64,000 nt of DNA from Sutterellaceae bacterium UBA7131 (GTDB lineage: Bacteria; Pseudomonadota; Gammaproteobacteria; Burkholderiales; Burkholderiaceae_F). The notes under the pieces were generated by a model that saw only the letters and a list, made by a program, of their open reading frames with translations, did no database searches and was not told the origin of the DNA. Shown one piece after another: positions 1 through 9,200 of this stretch. The stretch is from assembly GCA_002492145.1 (NCBI GenBank), contig DKXH01000047.1, positions 19,007 to 83,006 of the forward strand, in the 5' to 3' direction. A program made the position numbers and the translations under genes. Each line of letters begins with the position of its first letter. The stretch's first letter is position 1.

Positions 1-52
1 TTTGCACCTTTATGTCGGCGGCCCGTTCGAGGCGTTCCGCCGGGAGTCTTTA

Positions 53-850
53 CTAGAGCATCTGAGCTTCGCCCTGATCCATTTCCTCCGCGAGGAAGTC
101 CGCCATAGCATCTTCAAGGTAAGTTGAAGAGTAGAGATACACGGTTCCGGCGGATGTCACGGTCACCCGAATGTCTTTGGCGTTGGGATCTTCAGCGATT
201 CGATCGAGGACATCCTGGATCACGGTCGGATCGATTCGGAAGGGCGCAAATTCAAAGGTGAACACTCCGACGGGACGCGGATAGACGCGGGAACTTTCGC
301 GAACCGTGTCCAAAATCTGCTCGTAAGGATTGTTCTGCGTAGAAAGCAGTCTGGCGTACGAGGCAGAAAGCAGCGGAGAGAAATGGTAATAGTGCTTGCT
401 ATCCCAGCTCGTGAGATCTTCAATGCCGTACTGACCTTTGAGTACTTCGGCTAAAACGGTTTCGAAGTACTCCGGCGTGATCTCTCTGGGTGCGGACTCA
501 GCTTCCGCCGGCTCTTCCTTAAGGTCGGCAAGACTTAATTCGCCACTGAAGAGAGAACCGAACATCTGTCTGCGGGAGATCAGACGTCTGCGCTCTTTCT
601 CTTCGGGGCTGTCGTCGGCCTTATTGCGCAGCTTTCTTTCCATTTCCGGGATGGCTTCGTATTCGGCCTTGATCTGAGAAACGGGAATGGGCTGTTGCAG
701 GGGAGCCTTACTGAGGAATTCGTCTTGAAGGTCTTCGTGCGTTACCAGTTCAACCTTGCGGCTGTGTTCGGTAATCAGATCGATCAGCAGGACGATGTCA
801 GCTTTGAGCTGGGCGGCATCCATTGCGGAGTTGGCTTCAGGGTGATTCAT
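53..850 (-). CDS. YdhW-like protein of the AOR operon (function unknown)
   Basis: 265-aa ORF that starts 11 nt after the AOR gene stop. The C-terminal half resembles E. coli YdhW as remembered (VYPRP..., DIRVTVTSAGTVYLYS). It has a charged N-terminal extension. Confidence 0.55.
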   Translation of the reverse strand: MNHPEANSAMDAAQLKADIVLLIDLITEHSRKVELVTHEDLQDEFLSKAPLQQPIPVSQIKAEYEAIPEMERKLRNKADDSPEEKERRRLISRRQMFGSLFSGELSLADLKEEPAEAESAPREITPEYFETVLAEVLKGQYGIEDLTSWDSKHYYHFSPLLSASYARLLSTQNNPYEQILDTVRESSRVYPRPVGVFTFEFAPFRIDPTVIQDVLDRIAEDPNAKDIRVTVTSAGTVYLYSSTYLEDAMADFLAEEMDQGEAQML

Positions 851-861
851 AATTTACTACT

Positions 862-2982
862 CTATTTTCCGGGGATTAAGCCTTCTTTCTGCATGACAGG
901 GATAACGAATTCGAGATTGATATCCTTGTAAGCCTGTTCGGTCGGGGCGCCGGTGGCGGGATCCCAGTTGATCAGCTTGAAGAAGATATCGAAGCTCTTT
1001 TCAATGTCACCCTGATCCATACGGATCGTGCCTTTCGTGAATGCCGGTTTGTCCTTGGCATCTGTAAAGATCCAGGCCGGATAGAAGTCATGGTTCTTGC
1101 GCATATTGACTTCATTCATTTCGCGCATGGTGTAGGCGCGATGCAGCGTGAAGGCGCGGAAGCCGGCGTCATCAAGCTGCTTAGCAGTTGTATTTCTGCC
1201 GGTTAAGGCGCGATAAACCTTGCCTTCCATGTCATCGTCACCGATGTAGTTTTCGGACTTGTTGGGAGACACAACCCACGGAGCCATCCAAGAGCAAAGA
1301 CCGAGCATGTCGTGCAGTTCTTTGCGGCAGATGATCCAGCGCAGACGGCGCATCTTGGCTTCATTGGTAGGCGTGTAGTCGCCGACTTCGTCGACGGCAT
1401 CGCCGCTTCCCCAGAAGTGTTCGGCAATCTGTTTCTTCACATTGATCGGCAGACCGCTGCGTGTGAAGTTCACGGTGCCGTGGCACATCGGGTCACGGTT
1501 GTAGAGGCAGTTCAGAACCACGCCGACCTGACCGTCGTCTTCGTTGGCGTGATGTTTCGGATGGCCGAGACCCCAGTAGTTTGTGGATTTGTCTGTGGAC
1601 CAGTCGGATTCGGGGATGCCGAAGTGGCCAAGCATGTAAGGCGTGCTTTCGCCGAGCCACTTGCCCATTTCACCCTGACGATAGGCGATGCGCTGGAACA
1701 AATCCTGCAGGAAGGAAGCGTCGCAGTCTTCAATCTTCTGCCAAGGAATGGAGTTGTATTCCTTTTCAGGAAGAACCTTCTTCCAGAGGCCCTTGACGTA
1801 CATCTTCTTGAAGTCGCGGTGAAGCTGACCGTAGTTGCACCATACGCCGAGGTCGTCCATTGTCTGGATGCCGACCATGGAAGCCTGACGGGCTGCCGGC
1901 AGGTCGCGTTTCGTGGCAATCTTCGGGAAGATCACGCGGCCGAAGTACAGAGACATACAGGTCTGTTCGGTCATCTTATTGATGTGATAGCGGGCAGCAG
2001 CTTCTTCGTCTTCAACGATCGAGTAGCAGCGCAGCGGGCAGGAGTAGCAGCCGTTGTTGCGGACCTGAATCTTCAAACCCTGAGGTTTGCCGAGGAAGAA
2101 CTGGCTGGCGCACCAACGGTAAGAAATCTTGTTGGGGCTGCGCATATCTTCACCGAGCGTGATCGGCGGATTGGCTTTCTGCCAAACGTTGCCCGGCATA
2201 CCGTTCCAGCGGCTGCCCGGGGCCCAGAATTCAAACAGGGGGTTCGGGGCGGACGGAACGACGTGCTGGTTCAGAGAACCGAACAGATCGATGTTGCGTT
2301 CGGTGATCTTCTGCCATTCTTTCTTGTCGGCATGAATGTGGATCGGCTGGTCGCCGATGATAACGACGCCTTTGAGTTTCTTGGATCCGAAGACGGAGCC
2401 GACACCGCCGCCGGAATGCTGACGGGCGCTGATGAGCACGGACATCGGAACGAGGTTTTCACCGGCCGGTCCGATCACGGCGATAGAAGCCATCGGAGAG
2501 GTCTGGTCGGCAAGCATCTGCTGTGCACGACGGGTGCCCTGGCCCCAAATGCCTTTGGCGTCGCGCAGTTCGACTTCGTCGTTGTTGATGTAGAGGTAAA
2601 CCGGTTTTTCAGATTTACCTTCGATGATGATGAAGTCATAGCCGGCCTGTTTGAGGCGTGCAGCCATGTCGCCGCCGATATGAGCGGAGGCAATCATCGG
2701 CATCGGATAGATTGTCGGATAAATGGTCGTAATGGAAGTACGGCTCGAGCAGAGGGCGCCGGATCCGGAGAAGGGTCCCGGAGCGATCACGAGCTTGTTG
2801 GCTTCATCAAGCGGCTGAGTCTTCGGAGGAACTTCGTCCCAGAAAACACGGTAGCCCAAAGCAGTTCCGCCGATTTCGTCTTTAAATCTCGGGAACGTCG
2901 GTTCTTTGGTGATTTTGCCGGTTGTTAGATTTACACGCAGGCCCTGACCGGTGTAGCCATATCTTTTTTGAATATTGTCCAT
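862..2982 (-). CDS. ydhV: Aldehyde:ferredoxin oxidoreductase family protein, YdhV-like (Mo/W-bis-pterin enzyme)
   Basis: 706 aa. The AOR N-terminal domain is present (GQGLRVNLTTGKI...GGTALGYRV). It carries the YdhV-like block GVWCNYGQLHRDF and the motifs HPKHHANE and FTLHRAYT. No signal peptide. Confidence 0.85.
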   Translation of the reverse strand: MDNIQKRYGYTGQGLRVNLTTGKITKEPTFPRFKDEIGGTALGYRVFWDEVPPKTQPLDEANKLVIAPGPFSGSGALCSSRTSITTIYPTIYPMPMIASAHIGGDMAARLKQAGYDFIIIEGKSEKPVYLYINNDEVELRDAKGIWGQGTRRAQQMLADQTSPMASIAVIGPAGENLVPMSVLISARQHSGGGVGSVFGSKKLKGVVIIGDQPIHIHADKKEWQKITERNIDLFGSLNQHVVPSAPNPLFEFWAPGSRWNGMPGNVWQKANPPITLGEDMRSPNKISYRWCASQFFLGKPQGLKIQVRNNGCYSCPLRCYSIVEDEEAAARYHINKMTEQTCMSLYFGRVIFPKIATKRDLPAARQASMVGIQTMDDLGVWCNYGQLHRDFKKMYVKGLWKKVLPEKEYNSIPWQKIEDCDASFLQDLFQRIAYRQGEMGKWLGESTPYMLGHFGIPESDWSTDKSTNYWGLGHPKHHANEDDGQVGVVLNCLYNRDPMCHGTVNFTRSGLPINVKKQIAEHFWGSGDAVDEVGDYTPTNEAKMRRLRWIICRKELHDMLGLCSWMAPWVVSPNKSENYIGDDDMEGKVYRALTGRNTTAKQLDDAGFRAFTLHRAYTMREMNEVNMRKNHDFYPAWIFTDAKDKPAFTKGTIRMDQGDIEKSFDIFFKLINWDPATGAPTEQAYKDINLEFVIPVMQKEGLIPGK

Positions 2983-3003
2983 AGCAGTTCCTTAGAGATT
3001 TAA

Positions 3004-3708
3004 TTAACCATGGCAGACCGAGCACTGGTTAGCATTTTCTTCAGGCAGATAGCCGTGGGTCGGACGTCTTGCGGGTTCGCCGGAACGATCCTTCCAAGGC
3101 ATATAGGTCAGAGCGGCAGCCGGGCAGGCTTTCACGCATTTCGGTTCGCCGTCGCAAAGGAAGCACTTGCTGGCTTTCTGTTTTTCGCGGTCGAAGCTCA
3201 TCATGTCCCACGGACAGGCTTTCTGGCAGAGTCCGCAGCCGATGCACTTGTCTTCATCCACATAGCGGGCGCCGGTCTTGGGGTCGACGCGGATGGCACC
3301 CTGCGGGCAGGCATTAGCACAAGGGACAGGGTGGGCGCACTGACGGCAGGTGTCCTGATAGACAGTGCTGTCGCCCCAAACGCCCTGCAGAGGACGTGCA
3401 CCGGGGTTGCCCGGACCGTACCAAATATTGCGGCCGATACGAATACGAGCCAGAACCGGGTCGTTCTTACCGTCGTTAAATTCGGTACAAGCCATTTCGC
3501 AGCGCTGGCAGTCGACGCAGAGAGAGGGATCGCCGACGATTAAGCCCTTTGGAGTTTCCAAAATAATGTAGGGCTGAGCGCCGGTCTGCGCGCGGGATTG
3601 ATTCATAGCAGCAAATGCTGCGGTTACGGTAGCTACCTGCAGGAAGCCGCGTCGAGTAATGTCTTGGGGCAGATTTACCCGAGACATTAGGTCTTTCAGA
3701 TCAAACAT
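3004..3708 (-). CDS. Tat-signal 4Fe-4S polyferredoxin (YdhX/YdhY/DmsB-like electron-transfer subunit)
   Basis: Twin-arginine leader (TRRGFLQVATVTAAFAAM..SRAQ). Four Cys clusters (CVDCQRCEMAC, CRQCAHPVPCANAC, CIGCGLCQKACP, CFLCDGEPKCVKACP). AGGAGA Shine-Dalgarno sequence upstream. Confidence 0.85.
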   Translation of the reverse strand: MFDLKDLMSRVNLPQDITRRGFLQVATVTAAFAAMNQSRAQTGAQPYIILETPKGLIVGDPSLCVDCQRCEMACTEFNDGKNDPVLARIRIGRNIWYGPGNPGARPLQGVWGDSTVYQDTCRQCAHPVPCANACPQGAIRVDPKTGARYVDEDKCIGCGLCQKACPWDMMSFDREKQKASKCFLCDGEPKCVKACPAAALTYMPWKDRSGEPARRPTHGYLPEENANQCSVCHG

Positions 3709-3810
3709 GATTTCAATTTCTCCTGATGGAGGAACGACAGAGACTGTCGCAGAGAGAGAACGCAGGGACGAAGCTAGGAGAGACCCTGCGAGTCCGTTGT
3801 GGTGCAGAGA

Positions 3811-3960
3811 TTAGATTCGGGCAACAGACCAGCCGTCGCTGCCGACGGGTTTGATTGTCCAGCGAGTGAGAAGGATCGGTTCTGTGGCGGAGAAAACAAC
3901 CGAGGGAAGCTCACGTGAGAGAGCCTTTGCGTAAACTACTTCTTTGAATCTGGTTGTCAT
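3811..3960 (-). CDS. Candidate 49-aa small protein leading the AOR operon
   Basis: Internal ATG of the 79-aa track ORF, preceded by GGAGAA at 5-nt spacing. No recognisable domain. Could be non-coding. Confidence 0.3.
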   Translation of the reverse strand: MTTRFKEVVYAKALSRELPSVVFSATEPILLTRWTIKPVGSDGWSVARI

Positions 3961-4075
3961 TTTGTTCTCCGCAGCTAGTCGCTGCACTTGGGGTGTTATG
4001 CCGAGACGGTTTGTTACAGTTTCGTCTTCGACACGAACAAATTCTAACAATTTGTAATATTCTTGAAAAGAATTT

Positions 4076-4089
4076 TTGTGAAGTTACAA
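4076..4089. promoter_or_regulatory. FNR/CRP-family-like dyad TTGTG-N4-TACAA in the divergent AOR/moeA promoter region
   Basis: Imperfect palindrome read directly in the AT-rich intergenic DNA, followed immediately by a T9 run (4090-4098). Confidence 0.3.
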
Positions 4090-4162
4090 TTTTTTTTTAG
4101 TGGATACACAAAATAAATACCCATCTAAAAGAAGAACAAAAAGTGTTTAGGATCAACAAAAT

Positions 4163-5332
4163 ATGAATGGTTGTTTTGTACTTTACCCCTTTGAGCTAGG
4201 AGAAACCCTAACAAAAAGAATAAATGTAGGTGTAAGCACGGACAATAGTTTCGGCTGCGAACTCGCCGAAGATGTTGTTTGCATGGAAGATATTCCGCCT
4301 TATGACGTGTCGCTGAGAGACGGATGGGCGATTAGCACAACTGAGGGTAATCACACCTTAGTGGGTGAGCCGGTCAAAAACGGAGAGCAGCCCGCTTTGT
4401 TACAAAAAAACGGTTCCCGATGGATCAATACCGGCGGTTTTCTCCCGCTTGCTGCCGATGCCGTCGTTTCAGATTCTGATCCACAAGCCCCGGATTTTGC
4501 TGCTGATGTGTATCCCTACGAGAACGTCCTGCCGCGCGGGACAGAATGGACCAAAGGGTCTCTTATTCTGAAAAAAGGTACGGTCCTTGGCGCCGGAGCG
4601 CAGGCGCTGCTGTTTGAGGCCGGCATCGAAAACATTCGCGTCTGGAAGCGCCCCTCGGCCGCGATCCTGGCGACGGGGCACGAGATTGCTGAAGCCGGCG
4701 CTTTGAGTTCAGCGGGACGCCACTCCAGCAATGCGGTCTATCTCATGAATCTTCTTTCCGGGCTGGGACTGACGGATACGGCGATCTTTTACGCGAAGGA
4801 CGAAGCCGATTCGATTGCCGACCGTCTGGAAGTGCTTGCTCAAAGCTTCGACTTTATTATCACGGTCGGAGGAACCGGACAAGGTAAGAGCGATATGCTG
4901 CGGCTTGCGCTTAAGCGCGCCGGAGCGAAGCAGTCCGAAGATCAGACAAAACTCTCGAGTTCACTGCCTTTTGTATGCGCAAATCTCAAAGGTGCGGTTT
5001 TGTTCGGCCTTCCTGGTAATCCGCTCGGGTTCGTCAACATTGTTCAGCGGGTCGTGCTCCCCGTCATTTGGCAGTCTTTCAGAACGGATCCTTTCTTTGT
5101 GAGACGTCAAAAAGTATTCATGGGATTTGATTACGAAGGCAAAGCCGGCGACATTTGCGTGCAGTTGGCGCCGTTCGAGGGCAGAGTCATTGCACTTCCC
5201 GTACAGAAGGGAAGCGGCCGTTCGTCGGCTTTTCGAGATGCAGCGGCGGTGATTCCGAATCCCCAGGGCCGAAGGATTGAAGCCGGAGAAGCCGTGGAAG
5301 CGCAGCTGTTTTTTAACGGCTTATTGAGTTAA
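4163..5332 (+). CDS. moeA: MoeA-like molybdopterin molybdenum/tungsten transferase
   Basis: 389 aa. Blocks align with E. coli MoeA: PPYDVSLRDGWAI, NTGGFLP..ADAVV, ILATGHEI, ITVGGTGQGKSD, GLPGNPLGF. Confidence 0.8.
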   Translation: MNGCFVLYPFELGETLTKRINVGVSTDNSFGCELAEDVVCMEDIPPYDVSLRDGWAISTTEGNHTLVGEPVKNGEQPALLQKNGSRWINTGGFLPLAADAVVSDSDPQAPDFAADVYPYENVLPRGTEWTKGSLILKKGTVLGAGAQALLFEAGIENIRVWKRPSAAILATGHEIAEAGALSSAGRHSSNAVYLMNLLSGLGLTDTAIFYAKDEADSIADRLEVLAQSFDFIITVGGTGQGKSDMLRLALKRAGAKQSEDQTKLSSSLPFVCANLKGAVLFGLPGNPLGFVNIVQRVVLPVIWQSFRTDPFFVRRQKVFMGFDYEGKAGDICVQLAPFEGRVIALPVQKGSGRSSAFRDAAAVIPNPQGRRIEAGEAVEAQLFFNGLLS

Positions 5333-5383
5333 AGCGCTTCCGGCTCGGTAAGATAGGTTAGAAAACCAAAAGACCCGAATCCC

Positions 5384-6115
5384 ATGACCCGTTTGACTCG
5401 ATTGTCTGCAGCTGCGCAGGCACACTATGTTGTCCTCAGAAGTGTGCCGGAAATCTCTTTGATTCCGTTTGATAAGAACATCGAGAAGCTCTTTCAGATC
5501 TTCTCAGACGGCTCTCGTGCGTACAGCACTGACATTTCGGCCTTTGTGGTTTTTACCGACCAAATTCATCTGCTGCTGACGCCGCGAGAAAAAGCGGAGG
5601 ATCTCTCTCGGTTCGTGCAGCAGCTAAGCCGTCTGTACAGCCATTACTTCAATGACGAGTTTTCGCGAAACGGCAAGATTTGGCAGGGCAGATTTGAGTC
5701 TTCGCTTCTGCAGGGAAAAGGCAGGCTTTTGGCGGCGACAATTTATATGGAATGGCTGCCGTTCGTTTACGGTTACGGAGAGCCGCAGTTTTATCCGTGG
5801 AGCAGCTACTTCCATCACGCCGGCATCCGCAGCGATTACTTCATGGTGCCTTCCATCGAGTATTGGGCACTGGGCAATACGCCGTTTGAGCGGCAAAAAA
5901 ATTACAAGGATCTTTTTGAACGCGGTCCTGATAAAGTTTTCGGGGAAAGGCTGATGTCTTGTGTAAAACGCGGCTGGCCGATCGCAGACAAGAAGTTCTT
6001 AGAGTCTATAGGCGTTGAGGCTGAACGGATGGAGCCGCAGCGCGGAAGAGGTCGCCCCCGCAAGGCGTCCGCAATAAACCCTCTTGAATCTGACACCAAT
6101 TTATTAAATAAATAA
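5384..6115 (+). CDS. IS200/RAYT-like (Y1 HUH transposase family) protein with degenerate catalytic motifs
   Basis: 243 aa. Family blocks are present ([51 protein letters not shown]), but HUH reads Q-I-H and the GRY tyrosine is F. Confidence 0.7.
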   Translation: MTRLTRLSAAAQAHYVVLRSVPEISLIPFDKNIEKLFQIFSDGSRAYSTDISAFVVFTDQIHLLLTPREKAEDLSRFVQQLSRLYSHYFNDEFSRNGKIWQGRFESSLLQGKGRLLAATIYMEWLPFVYGYGEPQFYPWSSYFHHAGIRSDYFMVPSIEYWALGNTPFERQKNYKDLFERGPDKVFGERLMSCVKRGWPIADKKFLESIGVEAERMEPQRGRGRPRKASAINPLESDTNLLNK

Positions 6116-6225
6116 AGAAAATTTTTATAAATTAGTGTCACATAAAAATATTTCTTTGCATTTTGCGAAGTTAAATCTTCTATAACAAACAAGTCTTCAA
6201 TAAAGAATCCATTCAGGAGAACCCC

Positions 6226-9200
6226 ATGAGCACTCGCTCAGACCAAAGGAAAGATGCTGCCGAGCACGGACTTTATGATCCCGCTTATGAGCATGACGCT
6301 TGCGGTGTCGGTTTCGTCGCCAGTGTCAAAGGACAGGCCAGTCACGAAATCGTGACGCAGGCGCTGCAAATTCTAAAAAATCTTGATCATCGCGGCGCGG
6401 TCGGTGCTGATCCGCTGTGCGGCGACGGCGCCGGTATTTTGATTCAAATTCCGGATGCCTTCTTCCGCGCCGAAATGGCTAAACAAAACATCCTTCTGCC
6501 GCCCGCAGGCGACTACGGCGTCGGCATGATTTTCCTGCCGCGTGAGCACGCTTCTCGGCGCGCCTGCGAACAGGAATTGGAACGCGTCGTGAAGGCCGAA
6601 GGCCAAGTTGTTTTAGGCTGGAGAGACGTTCCGGTTGACACCACTATCAGAATGTCGAAGACGGTTTTGGAAACCGCTCCGGTTATTCGTCAGATCTTCA
6701 TCGGCCGCGGTCCCGACGTCATGGTGCCGAACGCCCTTGAACGCAAGCTGTACGTCATTCGCAAGCTTGCCGGTCACAAAATTCAGGCTTTGAAATTAAA
6801 GCACGGCAAAGAGTTCTACGTGCCTTCAATGTCGACAAAGACCATTGTGTACAAAGGTCTTTTGCTGGCAGATCAGGTCGGTGCCTACTACAAAGATCTC
6901 AATGATCCTCGTGTCGTCAGCTCCATTGCTTTGGTTCATCAGCGTTTCTCGACCAACACATTCCCGAGCTGGGAACTTGCCCATCCGTACCGCATGATTG
7001 CGCACAACGGCGAAATCAATACGGTTAAAGGCAACTTTAATTGGTTAAGAGCCCGCGAACGTGCCGTTGAAACAGCCGTCCTGGGAGATGACGTCAAGAA
7101 GCTGCTGCCGATCATCTACGAAGGTCAGAGCGACACGGCTTGTTTAGACAACATGCTTGAACTTCTGGTCATGAGCGGCTACCCGCTGGCTCAGGCCGTG
7201 ATGCTGACCATTCCTGAAGCTTGGGAGCAGGCAAAAGGACAGATGGATCCGGCTCAGCGCGCTTTCTACGAATACTACGCAGCCATGCTGGAACCTTGGG
7301 ACGGTCCGGCAGCTGTTGGATTTACCGACGGTGTGCGCATCGGTGCCGTACTCGACCGAAACGGTCTTCGTCCGGGTCGCTATATTCTGACCAACGACGA
7401 TATTGTGATCCTGGCTTCTGAAGCAGGAACACTGCCGATTCCTCAGAGTCAAATTAAAAAGAAATGGCGTCTGCAGCCGGGCAAGATGTTCATGATCGAT
7501 ACCGAACAGGGCCGCATCATTGAAGACGAAGAAATCAAACGTACCCTGGCTCTGAGCAATCCTTATAAGGAATGGACAAAGCGCCTGAACATTCATCTCT
7601 CTGACGTGGTTGCTCCGCCTCCGCTGCCCAACAATAATCCGGTTCCTCTGATCAAACGTCAGGAAGCGTTCGGCTACGGCGAAGATGACATTAAGTTTGT
7701 TCTGCGCCCGATGGCGGAAAAAGGCGCAGAAGCAATCGGCTCCATGGGAAACGACACACCGCTTGCGATGCTCTCTCACCGAGCCAAGCCGTTCTATCAG
7801 TACTTCCGTCAGCTGTTTGCTCAGGTGACCAATCCTCCGATTGACCCGATCCGCGAACAGCTTGTGATGTCGCTGGTTTCCTTCGTGGGTCCGCGTCCGA
7901 ATCTTCTCGACATCAACAACGTCAACCCGCCGCTGCGTCTGGAACTCTCCCAGCCGATTCTCGGTATGGAAGAAATGGCGAAGATGCGCCGCATCGACCG
8001 CTACACCGGAGATAAGTTCCGCTCCTATGAAATTGACACGACTTATCGTGTTGCGTGGGGCGAAGAAGGTGTAGAAGCTCGTTTGGCTTCTCTTTGTGCA
8101 CGGGCTGTGGATGCCGTTAAAGACGGCTACAACATTCTGATCCTGACGGATCGGAAGATGAGCGAAGAGCGTGTCGCAATCCCGATGCCGCTTGCTATCA
8201 GTGCGATTCACCAACACTTGATCGCGGCAGGTCTCCGCACGAATACCGGTCTTGTCATCGAAACCGGAAGTGCGTTTCAGACGCACCATATGGCCGTTCT
8301 GGCTGCCTACGGCGCCGAAGCAATTCATCCGTATCTCGCACTGGAAACCATCGAACAACTCTACAAGCCGGGCAACCCAAGCGGGATCGATGTAAAGACA
8401 GCAACGCAGAACTACATTCACGCTATCGGTAAAACCTTCAAGAAGATTATGAGCAAGATGGGTATCTCAACTTACATGAGTTACCGCGGCGCCCAGATCT
8501 TCGAAGTACTTGGTTTGGATAAAGAGTTCGTCGATCGCTACTTCCCCGGAACCAGCTGCAAAGTCGGCGGCTTGGGCATCTTTGACGTGATGCGCGAAGC
8601 TATTGAACAGCACAAGGAAGCCTTTGCCGATAAGAACCATCGTCACAAACTGCTTCCGACCTTGGGCGAATATCAATGGAGAGCCCGCGGTGAAGAACAT
8701 ATGTGGACGCCTGAAGCAATTGCCAAACTTCAGCACGCCACACGCGGCAACTCTTATCAGACTTACAAGGAATACGCCGAAATCATCAACGACCAGAGCA
8801 AGCGCCAGATGACGTTGCGCGGCCTGATGGAATTCAACGTGGATCCTTCCAGGGCCATTCCGCTGGAAGAAGTGGAACCGGCCAAAGAAATTGTGAAGCG
8901 TTTTGCGACCGGCGCCATGTCGCTCGGCTCTATCTCTGCAGAAGCCCACGCGGTCCTTGCCGTGGCCATGAACCGAATCGGCGGCAAGAGCAACACCGGT
9001 GAAGGCGGTGAAGATCCGAAACGCTATGAAGCAGAAATGCGTGAAGGCCTTTCGCCTGTTAAGAAGGGCGACACGCTGAAGTCGATCTTGGGCGAAGACC
9101 GCATCGTGGCCGACGTTCCGTTGGAAGAAGGCGACTCTCTGCGCTCCCGTATTAAGCAGGTTGCGAGCGGCCGTTTCGGTGTGACTGAAGCCTATTTGTC

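Noticed and set aside
1312-2928. 538-aa ORF on the plus strand opposite the AOR gene.
   Set aside because: It is fully antisense to a gene with strong family motifs. Its sequence is low-complexity and Ala/Gly/Val/Arg-rich, which is typical of a shadow frame.
5384-6115. An active IS200/RAYT mobile element.
   Set aside because: It is single-copy in the window, with no terminal hairpins or REP arrays seen nearby, and its catalytic HUH and Tyr positions are substituted. It is annotated as a CDS, not a mobile element.
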